A stretch of 64,000 nucleotides of DNA from a virus: positions 1 through 64,000 of IMG/VR virus record IMGVR_UViG_3300036859_000864. The stretch is one strand, 5' to 3'. A program made the translations under genes and the position numbers. A model generated the notes under the pieces. It was not told the origin of the DNA. It saw only the letters and a list, made by a program, of their open reading frames with translations, and made no database searches. Shown piece by piece: positions 9,544-18,401 of the stretch; positions within the stretch are counted from its first letter, which is position 1; each line of letters begins with the position of its first letter.

Positions 9544-9756
9544 ATGCTCGCACTACTCGTAGCTCTAATCGCGCTAGCCATTCTGATTTGGGGCGGAGAT
9601 CGCCTGCTCGCCTTGGCCCCGGGGAAACCGAAACTCATCGAGGCGATTCGTATCATCGCGATCGTGTGCGTCTCGCTGTACGTGCTCTCGTTGATCGCCG
9701 GGTTCTTCGGTGTGGCGGTACCTTGGTACCCTACCGCTTTCCGCGGTCGGCGCTGA
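9544..9756 (+). CDS. Small two-TM membrane protein (possible holin)
   Basis: Two hydrophobic helices and a basic C-terminus. Confidence 0.5.
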   Translation: MLALLVALIALAILIWGGDRLLALAPGKPKLIEAIRIIAIVCVSLYVLSLIAGFFGVAVPWYPTAFRGRR

Positions 9757-9801
9757 AAAACGAGAGTGCGGATCCTGGGATCCGCACCCTCGTCGATCGA
9801 T

Positions 9802-10902
9802 TCAGTCGACCGGAAGACCGCCGGCTGCCGCAGCTTCCGCAACCGCGTCTACCGAGACCTCATGCGCATCGGCCGCTCGCGTGAAATCCTCTCTCGACAT
9901 CGGAGGAACAGTGCTCCAGCCGCCACCTCCGTCTCGGATCTGAAGTCGGAGGATGTCCGGGCGCGAGTAGTGCCCGAGTGAATCCACGATCGCCTTCACG
10001 GCCTTGATCATCACTGCGGGGCAATCGGCGTAAATGATCGTCTGCGTGTTGAAAACTGGCGGTGCAAGATCCAACGAAAGAGGAGCGATGATGGCGCTCC
10101 CTCCGTTCGCCCAATCGATGTTCATATTTCCGTGAAAGGGGAAACTCGGATCTATGTCCGCTGGGTCTTGAATGCCGCTGGCGAGAAGCGTGAACGCGCC
10201 TGCTTCTAGAGCATGAGCACGCGCGGCGTGGTATCCCCAAAAATTCCCGGCTGCGGTGGGTTCCTGAAGACGCGGTCCTTCCAAAGAGAACGATCCAGGA
10301 AAGCAGGCGACATGGAAATCTGCACCCTTCCCTATGATCGCCGATCGCACCAAAGACATGAGGTTCTCTCCGCAAACGAGACCGCTGATTCGACCTATGT
10401 CCGTGTCGAAGGTCGCTAGATCGGAAGCGTCTCCGCGCCCCCAATACATGCGCTCCATAAATGTAGGCATGAGTTTCCGATGCCGCCCCATCAACTTTCC
10501 GTGTCGGTTGAAGAAAAGTATCGTGTTGTAAATCGTCTGACAGCCAGGTCTGGGATCGATCTCGTTCACACCCATGACGACGTTGGCGTTAGCCCGACGC
10601 GCTGCCTCTCCGATACGATCCGTGTCGTCGCTGGGTACCAGAATGGCGGCGTCGTGAAATATCGTTTGTGCCGCTACGAATTGAGACGCCTGAGTGTCCC
10701 ACCCTTCCGTCCAAAACGGATAGCCGGCAAGCCACACTTCCGGGAACGCGATCAGCTCGGCGCCGGCGGCGCCCGCCTCCAAGATCGCAGCGACCGCCCG
10801 ATCGATAGATACGTCGCGGTTGAGAAACTTGGGGGACTTTTGAACGACGGCCACCTTCACTGAATCGCGGCCGTTCATCACTTTGGTCTTCGTAGTAGTC
10901 AT
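9802..10902 (-). CDS. Nitrilase (carbon-nitrogen hydrolase)
   Basis: Catalytic triad FPEVW / HRKLMPT / VCGEN; DSLGHYSRPDI; SD sequence AGGA upstream. Confidence 0.93.
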   Translation of the reverse strand: MTTTKTKVMNGRDSVKVAVVQKSPKFLNRDVSIDRAVAAILEAGAAGAELIAFPEVWLAGYPFWTEGWDTQASQFVAAQTIFHDAAILVPSDDTDRIGEAARRANANVVMGVNEIDPRPGCQTIYNTILFFNRHGKLMGRHRKLMPTFMERMYWGRGDASDLATFDTDIGRISGLVCGENLMSLVRSAIIGKGADFHVACFPGSFSLEGPRLQEPTAAGNFWGYHAARAHALEAGAFTLLASGIQDPADIDPSFPFHGNMNIDWANGGSAIIAPLSLDLAPPVFNTQTIIYADCPAVMIKAVKAIVDSLGHYSRPDILRLQIRDGGGGWSTVPPMSREDFTRAADAHEVSVDAVAEAAAAGGLPVD

Positions 10903-11168
10903 GTGTTTCCTTTCCCCAGAAAAATGGGGGATCTGTGCTTTGCCGTATCACGGCGTGAGGCACGTACTCAGCAACGAAATTGTTTACGTCGCCCGCGGCG
11001 CTCGAGGCGCCGTTTGAGGTTGGTTCTACGGCACCCTACCGGTCAGGAACCGGCCTTTGATCGACAACAAGCGCCCCCGAAGCGAGTACCGCCAATGTAG
11101 TCAGAAAAACCCTAGCTCGACGAAATCGGGCGACCGGATCGTAGCGCGACCAGAACTTGGGGTGCATC

Positions 11169-11414
11169 TCACCGGCAGGCTTGCCGCTCTTCGAGCCAAC
11201 GAAGCGTAGCCACGTCCGCTTCGGGGCAATCCTCAGCGTTGCCGGCCTGCACGCACGCGAGGACGGCTGGGATGACCTGAGACGTCATCTCGGCGCGCTG
11301 TAGTTCAACCTGCGCTGCGGAACAATGCCCGATGCCGAAGCGAGGCGGAGGAGTTCCCTTGGGGCATGCTGAAATCGCGAGAGCCCAGATACCGATACCG
11401 ATCAGGTGTTTCAT
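11169..11414 (-). CDS. Small lipoprotein
   Basis: MKHLIGIGIWALAISAC lipobox. Confidence 0.55.
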   Translation of the reverse strand: MKHLIGIGIWALAISACPKGTPPPRFGIGHCSAAQVELQRAEMTSQVIPAVLACVQAGNAEDCPEADVATLRWLEERQACR

Positions 11415-11425
11415 TCTAGGTAAGA

Positions 11426-12999
11426 TCATACCAGACCTTTGAAGCGCCTACAGCCGCCGCCGGCGCCGAAGATCTTGAGGCGCCTTGGCCGCATAGCTCG
11501 ATTAGGTTCTCCGCACAGGCCGATGCGCGTCTCGCGCGTCCCGATCGGCCAATCTTTCGGCATCGGCTCGCCGGGGAGCTCGCTCCAGTACACGCAGCCT
11601 GAGCATCGTTTCACCGAAATCGATCCTTGACGATGTGCTCGCCCCACGGTCCGAGACGGCGCCCTTCGATCGGAGGATCTTGAGAGCGTGCTCGCACGCA
11701 GAGGTCATGTGCGCGATCCAAGACCCTGTGCCCTTGCTCTAAACCGTCACGGTTCCGATCGTCCCTGTAGCAGCTCCGAGCGAGTCCGATGGCGTCTTGC
11801 AACGCGCCGATCACGATGAGCAAATCTCGGCGAGTTGGGCGTCGTTTTCGAGCTCCGATCACGCTTTTACGTCCCCTATGACGCAGTCGGAGGAGTGCCC
11901 GAACATCCACGAGTGTGAAAGACGCCATTTCGCGTGTTTGAAACACACGTGCTTGCACCCGCGACGGTCATGCGCCGTCATGTACGCTAGCTCATCCTTC
12001 TTGTCGAAGACGAGACAATAGTAGCACTTGAGTTTGGTTACTTCTCCCATGGCAACTTGACCCTCGCGGCTCGCGCACGTTGTTCCGCCTGTCGTTCGGG
12101 CGAGAGCTTCGAAAACAGATTCGCCGGCTTCTCGTCCGGCGCCCCTCGCTTTCGAAGATCGGCCGTGTGCCAGATCTCAGCGATCTTGTCGCGCTGCGCT
12201 TGCGAGAACTCGAGCGAGTCGTCGAACTGTCGACGCACGCTTTTGATGAAGTCCTTCTCCCAATCCGAGAAGTACACGCCGCCGCGTGTAACCGGAACGT
12301 TGACGAGCTCGTCGAGATCATCGAGCTGCTTCAACGCAGCCGTATCGTTGCGGAGCTCGAGGATAGTCGGACAGTCTTCTCTGGCCGTCATGTTTTCCCC
12401 ACAACGTACGCAATGCGCCAATCCTGTCCGCAACGCATTTCAATGTAGTCTCCGACACCGACATCGAGGCCGGCATCACGACAATCCTGCAACCTAGCGA
12501 GCATCGCGTCGGCCCGTAGAATGTGCGACGCATCGATCGTTTCTCGAGGTACCTGACACGTGCGTAGAGAGGTAGCCCTCTCGATGAATTGCGCCTGTTC
12601 AGGCAAGTGCACCAGCACGAGCGGGAACTTTTGCCGGGCCACGACCTTCGGCCATTGCTCGCAGGCGTAGTCGAGCGCCGCTTGCGGTGCCGCGCGCGGG
12701 AACCCCTGCACGTAGAAACCGGAGTTGCACGCGCCGCGCGGGTCTCCCGACCGATCCCACCAGAAGAACCCATGCCAGAACGGCCTGCCACCACCTACCC
12801 AATGAACGCGCCCGTCGGGAACGTCCGGCACCTTGCGGTTGCGCAACAGCCCAGAGTCCAGCAAGCCGTCGTCCCACGGGAACCCGGGAGGGTGCTCGCT
12901 GAAAAAATCCGAACCACCGCGCAGCAAGTCTCTCAGACCGTGACCCCCGTACCCGAATCCGAAATACAGCGCGCGTTTCTCTTTTACTATTTCGATCAT
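11426..12999 (-). CDS. Run of five small hypothetical genes (11426-11614, 11611-11862, 11859-12050, 12038-12391, 12388-12999)
   Basis: Mostly chained 4-nt start/stop overlaps; Cys-rich ORFs; SDWEKDFIKSV phage-type domain. Confidence 0.55.
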
Positions 13000-13181
13000 G
13001 GCGGCGGCGCTATCTTGATCGCGGCAGACCCGTCTTTTCGGAGCTCGACGTCGCAGCGGACGACTTCGGTGAGCTCGATCATTCCTCCGCGTTGCGCCCA
13101 CACGATGATCGCCTCCTTCACTTGAAGCGGGGTTAGCAGTGCCGTTTTCTTCATCTTCAACTCCTGGTACTATTCTCGGCC

Positions 13182-14183
13182 ATGGCCCTCAAAGAAGTCT
13201 TCGCCCCTCATCTCAACCGCAACGTGAAACTCGGACGCCTGCCGCGCGCGGCCGGCAAACAGCGTCTTCACCTTTCCGATTTCATCTCTCACGCGATGCT
13301 CCCGCCGCCGCCGCCGTCCGTAGACTACTGGCCGAAAGCTGACTCTGTCCTCAAGGACATCTACGCGAACGACACGCTTGGAGACTGCGTGATCGCGGGC
13401 GGCTACCATGTTCTCGGAGTCGAGATCGGAAACGCGACAGGTGTGCCGTTCCACGCAACGAAGGCGCAAATCATTGCCGACTACTCGGCCATCGGGGGAT
13501 ACGTCCCGGGCAAATCGTCGACCGACAACGGCTGCAACGAAGAGGTCGCTTTCGACTACTGGAAGAAACACGGCTTCGCGAACGGGTCGAAGATCCTCGG
13601 CGCCATCTCGATCAACGCCTCGAGCAAGGCGGACATCCAAGCCGCCTGCTACCTGTTCGAGAACCTCTTCTTCGGCGTCGGTCTTCCCGACGCTTGGATT
13701 ACCCCGTTCCCGGCCGGGCCCGGCTACGTATGGGGCGTGAAGGGACACTCGGACCCGAACAACGGCCACTGCTTCATCGCTACCGGCTACGGCCCGAGCG
13801 GCGTCACCATCGACTCGTGGGGCCTCAAAGGCGTCATCACGTACGATGCCGTAGCTGCCTACGCCGGCCCCTCGAGCGGAGGCGAGCTCTATGCCGTCAT
13901 CACCGCCGACCAGCTCGCCAAGGGGCAGAGCAAGGCGCCCAACGGCCTCGCCTGGGGGGATCTGATCGCGGCGTTCAACGCCCTCGGTGGAAATCTTCCG
14001 GTCCCTCCACCTCCGGCGCCTCCCCCGCCCGTCTATGTCCAGACGCAGACCATGTCCCTCGGCGTCTGCCAGCTCGTGGCACTCGACCTCCTGCACAACT
14101 GCGGCCTCGAGTCTCTTCCGCGCGTCAAAGCCGAACAACTCGTCACCGACAGCATCGCGAAGCACTGGCCGCGAATCTCGTGA
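13182..14183 (+). CDS. Papain-like cysteine peptidase
   Basis: ANDTLGDCVIA (catalytic Cys), NGHCF (His), IDSWG. Confidence 0.75.
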   Translation: MALKEVFAPHLNRNVKLGRLPRAAGKQRLHLSDFISHAMLPPPPPSVDYWPKADSVLKDIYANDTLGDCVIAGGYHVLGVEIGNATGVPFHATKAQIIADYSAIGGYVPGKSSTDNGCNEEVAFDYWKKHGFANGSKILGAISINASSKADIQAACYLFENLFFGVGLPDAWITPFPAGPGYVWGVKGHSDPNNGHCFIATGYGPSGVTIDSWGLKGVITYDAVAAYAGPSSGGELYAVITADQLAKGQSKAPNGLAWGDLIAAFNALGGNLPVPPPPAPPPPVYVQTQTMSLGVCQLVALDLLHNCGLESLPRVKAEQLVTDSIAKHWPRIS

Positions 14184-14200
14184 TACTCTGGTGAGACCCA

Positions 14201-14296
14201 AGCGCCGAGGCGAGAGCCCGGGGAGCCGTGGGACGAGTCTAGTTGTCGGACTCGCCCAAACCCTCCGAGACAACCGTCCGCTCTCGTCTCGGCGCT
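14201..14296 (+). ncRNA. Candidate pseudoknotted structured RNA
   Basis: 17-bp closing stem with a G-U pair; inner hairpin whose loop GTTGTC complements GACAAC. Confidence 0.5.
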
Positions 14297-14699
14297 GAAT
14301 CACTTCTCGATCCGTTTCGTGTCGGTGGGATCACTGAAATCGAACGACAAGACGAGCTCTCGTCTCCTGCGCTCGACGGCTTCGATGTCCGAGTGTGACC
14401 AGTACGACCCGAGCACATCGGATCGTACCGATTGCGGGAGCCTGTCGAGTAGCCACACGATGACGGAGGCCGCTCGAGAGAGCGGGTAGATACGGTTGCT
14501 CATCTCCGCGCCTTGTCGCCGCTCCGGAAGTGTTCGACGAACCAGTCGACCGACCGTTGCGGAGGGAGGACCCCATCGTTTACGGCGGCGAGGATGTCTG
14601 CGGCGCGGCTACAGACACCGCCCGCCCGCGGGGACCCGTCGGCGGCGATGCGCGTCAGCTCCGCGCGTTCTTCGGGCGTGATGATCTCGAGCTCAAGCA

Positions 14700-15626
14700 T
14701 CATTCGACGAGCTCGGCAGCGAGCCACTTCGGATCTTCCGCCTTCGCCCGATCGACGACGTCGGCCATCACCACGGTGAGCCCCTTCAAGTCGATCGGCG
14801 TCAGCTTCTTTTGCTTGAACGCTTTCCCTCCGACCTTCGGCGTCGCCGACGTGTCGAGAGTCTCGATCGGAAGAATGCGTACGATCTTCGAGATCTTGAG
14901 CCACTGAGGACTCCACACGTACGGAGCGCCCACCTCTAGCGTTGGGAGGACGTCCGCCAGATCTCCCTCGAACCCCTTGTCGCTCAACCAGTACTTGAGC
15001 GCCTTTCGTTCGTGCGGACCGTTCATCTGGAACGCGAACACACACTCGGTTTGGTTGAGAGCCTTCTTCGAGATCTCTTGCGGGCGCTGCGAGATGAAAC
15101 TGATCCCGATACCGTGCGGGCGACCCTGTTTGGCTAGCCTCTGGAACTCGTGAAGCATTTGCTCTTCGCCGCGTTGGCAATTCTCGGGAACGAAATCCTG
15201 GCACTCTTCGAGCACCAAATGCACTGCACTGGGCGCCGCCTTCTTTCGCTGAAAGAAGCGTTTCGCGAAAGCTGTCGCGAACCGGGTTCGTTCGGCGTCT
15301 AGCATCTGACTTACGTCGAGCACCACGCTGATTCCGCGATCAACGATCAGGTTGGCTACGAGCTCACCAGAAGCCGGTTCGAGCGGGATGTCTCCGTGAA
15401 GACCACCGAACACCGGAATCTTGAAAGCTTTCGGACCGAGACGGAGACCTGCCCACCCGCCGGATCCATCCAAGACGATGACCTGCGCTTTGATGCGCAG
15501 CATTTGCTCCACCATGCGCTTGCAGCCAAATGTCTTGCCAGATCCAGTCCGGCCTAGGTACGCTAGCTTTTGCGTGACCGCGTCAGGGGGCAGAGACAAC
15601 TCGGTGGAGATTCGAAGCTTTTTCAT
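14700..15626 (-). CDS. HerA/DUF87-like P-loop ATPase
   Basis: Walker A GRTGSGKT, Walker B LVLEE, QGR..GI...ISQRP. Confidence 0.85.
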   Translation of the reverse strand: MKKLRISTELSLPPDAVTQKLAYLGRTGSGKTFGCKRMVEQMLRIKAQVIVLDGSGGWAGLRLGPKAFKIPVFGGLHGDIPLEPASGELVANLIVDRGISVVLDVSQMLDAERTRFATAFAKRFFQRKKAAPSAVHLVLEECQDFVPENCQRGEEQMLHEFQRLAKQGRPHGIGISFISQRPQEISKKALNQTECVFAFQMNGPHERKALKYWLSDKGFEGDLADVLPTLEVGAPYVWSPQWLKISKIVRILPIETLDTSATPKVGGKAFKQKKLTPIDLKGLTVVMADVVDRAKAEDPKWLAAELVE

Positions 15627-15640
15627 CAGATCAACCTTTC

Positions 15641-16880
15641 TCAAGTCACTGGCTCCTGACGTCGACCATCTACGACCCACCGCACTTCGCGCACGCTAAC
15701 GCCGGCGAGCCCGATCAAAGACGGCGCTGTAAGGTCGCCCCCAGAGACGCGCCAGATCCTACGCTCCCAATAGACCACGATGCCGTGATCCGGGTGCACT
15801 CCAGCATCCCAGTCGCCCCGCTCATGAAGCGTTCGAGCGACCAGGAAGCGCGCAAGATCTACGGCGACGACGCTCATTGCTCTCCGAGAACCTCTTTCAT
15901 CCTCACCGAACCGACGGCCTCGCGTATCTTGCCGATGTCTGCTTCCAGCTTGCGGTTCGCGATTTGACTCTGCTCGAAATGCCCGCGGGCCGCACTGAGC
16001 TGATCCTTGAGACGCTTGTTTTCGTCTTCGAACGTGGCGATACGCTTTGCGCCTGCCTCGAGCGCATTCGTCGCTATCTTGTGCGCCTCGTACGTCTGAT
16101 TCAGAGATTCTTTCAAATCGTTTACTTCGCTCTGCTTACGCGCGAGCGCATCGTCTGTACTCATCGTCATGACGAACATCGGCTCCCGAAGCACCAGAGG
16201 CTTCGTCACCGAGTGCGTGCGGTTTCCGTACTGCCCACCGAAACCGTTCTCGTCGTCGGCCGTCGTTTCGACGCCGTGTTCCATGCGATCGTTGTAGATA
16301 ATCTCAGCGATGCGGTAGCCCTCCAAGCCGCGGCCTTCGACCTCGTTCGCGTGCACTACGATCGCAACGTCTAATTTCTTATTTGAGCTCATTGTTGATT
16401 TTCCTTTCCGTAAACTGCTGGCGCGGCAACCAGTACCAGGTCAACAAGGCTTGGCCGCAGGAACCTCGACACGTCGAGAATTCGACGTACGGCGTGCCGT
16501 CATTCCAGAAACCAACGTGAGCTGAGATAGCTCCGTCTTCTTGCAAGTTCATCAGAACGCGCTCGAAAGATGTCGCGTCACTCTTAGCCATCGTCGAGCT
16601 CCGGTTCGTAGAAGTGCTTCGTGACCGGGCACTTTGCCGCCCGTGCGCGCGACCGGTGAAATTGAACGCCGCAGCTCTTGGACGTCGCTGCTCGAGGCGC
16701 ACACGGCATCCCGGGGAGGGCGAGGCACGTCTTGCACGAGTACGAGAGCACGCGAACCACGTACTGTGCGAAGGTCTCCTTGTTCTTGGCGAGCAGGCGC
16801 TTCATCTCGTTCGAGGGTTCGAACTCGATCGCTCGCTCGACGCAGCGTACGAATATGGGGGCTATTGTTTGATCGTTCAT
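15641..16880 (-). CDS. Run of hypothetical genes (15641-15877, 15874-16392 coiled coil, 16379-16591, 16584-16880 Zn finger)
   Basis: Overlapping ORF chain; CKTCLALPGMPC...HRSR. Confidence 0.55.
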
Positions 16881-16911
16881 CGGTCCGCCCTTCGTCGTTC
16901 GGCGACCGAGA

Positions 16912-18000
16912 TCATTTCTTCTCCGCCCCCTTCTCACTCTGCCTAGCCAGTGCTTTGTTGAGCAGCCCGGGGCCAGCCGCATCTTGAAGCCCCGCGCGTC
17001 GGACGTACTCGTTGACTTGGTTCACTCCGTGGTGGCCGGTAGACGCCGCGATGTCCAACGCACTTTCGCCTAGCCTGTGCGCGGTCGTGACGAACCCGCT
17101 GCGCAACGAGTGGCCGCCAAACTCCGTCGAATCCAACCCGAGCTTTTCCACGTAGAACTGCACGCGGCGCGATACCCCCTCGGGCGCGAGTGCAGCGACC
17201 ATGACTTTGCCGGCCGCATCGACCCCCCGAAACACCGGACCGCTTTTGATCTCCGAGATCTCGAGCCAACGCCGCAACGCCGAAACAGGGCAGTACCGCT
17301 CGTCGTCGGACGGCGTCATCAGCACCACTAGGCCCTTGCCGGCCTGGTCTGCTTTGCTGCGAGGGATCACCCACCGGATCCCCTCTTCAATCTCGGTGAA
17401 ATGCTCGACGCACGCGGCTGTAATTTCGCTACGACGTCGCCCACTAGACCAGCCGACGAGGAGCATCGCTCGATCTCTAACCCCGCGAACGTCGTCAGTT
17501 ATCTGGTTGCAGACCTGGAACAACAACGCCTCTTCGGTCGTTCCGGTAGCTTCGAGCGCGCGCTTCTGTTTCTTCGGCGCCTTCCCCAGCGTCCTCGCGA
17601 ACTTGTCGCGCACGCTTTCGATAACCGGGTCTTTCCACGGACTTAGATGACCTGACTGCTGGTGACTATGACAGATCGCCGCGAGTGTGCGCATGAGCGA
17701 GCTGTACCCAAGCGGCCCCTTCGGTGTGCGTTTCGGGACGTCCGCCTTGTCTCGCCCGCGTTCGGCGAGCTCTTGCAGATAACCACGCAGAACACGCGGC
17801 TCGGCCGGCATGGGGCGAACCCCGTGGCGTGTGCACCAAGAGACGAAGCAGGCCAGCTCGAACTCGTAGGCCCGCCTGGTATTGGCCGGGACGGCCTTGT
17901 CGGCCTCCTCTTGCGCGCGTTCGTCGAGCGCCACCAGCTCGCTTTGCGCCGTGGTGATCGCGTCGGACGCCGCCGACTTAGTTATCTGGATCTCAGCCAC
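16912..18000 (-). CDS. Tyrosine recombinase, Cre-like
   Basis: RDRAMLL..GRRRSEI, RSKADQ, HSLRSG, TGH, EY. Confidence 0.92.
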   Translation of the reverse strand: MAEIQITKSAASDAITTAQSELVALDERAQEEADKAVPANTRRAYEFELACFVSWCTRHGVRPMPAEPRVLRGYLQELAERGRDKADVPKRTPKGPLGYSSLMRTLAAICHSHQQSGHLSPWKDPVIESVRDKFARTLGKAPKKQKRALEATGTTEEALLFQVCNQITDDVRGVRDRAMLLVGWSSGRRRSEITAACVEHFTEIEEGIRWVIPRSKADQAGKGLVVLMTPSDDERYCPVSALRRWLEISEIKSGPVFRGVDAAGKVMVAALAPEGVSRRVQFYVEKLGLDSTEFGGHSLRSGFVTTAHRLGESALDIAASTGHHGVNQVNEYVRRAGLQDAAGPGLLNKALARQSEKGAEKK

Positions 18001-18181
18001 GAGACGCCCGACGCTTCCCGAACGTCAGCGAGTGCTCACGTCGAAGGGCTTGCCGGAGGACATCGGCCATGCTCAAGCCGGTCGTCTCCGAAAGCCCCTG
18101 GAGCATTCGCTTCTCCGTGGCTGTAATGCGCATCTGCATTTGCCGCGTTTTTCGTTCTCCAGTTATCTGCTTATCGGCCAT
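17993..18181 (-). CDS. Ribbon-helix-helix regulator
   Basis: RQMQMRIT..EK..L..LS...GLSMADVLR; SD sequence AGGAG. Confidence 0.75.
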   Translation of the reverse strand: MADKQITGERKTRQMQMRITATEKRMLQGLSETTGLSMADVLRQALRREHSLTFGKRRASRG

Positions 18182-18293
18182 GGAGGCTCCTTGCGTGCTA
18201 ACCAGGCTTATCACGCATCGATTCCAGGTGTCCAGCGCCTCGAAATCGGGCCCACACAGGCCGATTTACACACGCGCAGGCGCGTACCCCCCT

Positions 18294-18348
18294 GGCTTTC
18301 TGACGGCTCTTTGCTGGCTCTCACACGGCTCTCTGACGGTGTTTTGGG
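18294..18348 (+). repeat. 11-bp tandem array
   Basis: GGCTTTCTGAC/GGCTCTTTGCT/GGCTCTCACAC/GGCTCTCTGAC/GGTGTTTTGGG starting at 18294, 18305, 18316, 18327, 18338. Confidence 0.7.
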
Positions 18349-18401
18349 TGGACCGTCGGGTGTAGCCCCCCGGGGACGGGTCCCCGGTGTACCCTCTGGG
18401 C

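Noticed and set aside
13170-14303. Long antisense/alternate-frame ORFs (also 27259-28458, 56378-57592 upstream part, 490-1299)
   Set aside because: Arg/Pro-rich shadows of real genes, expected in high-GC DNA.
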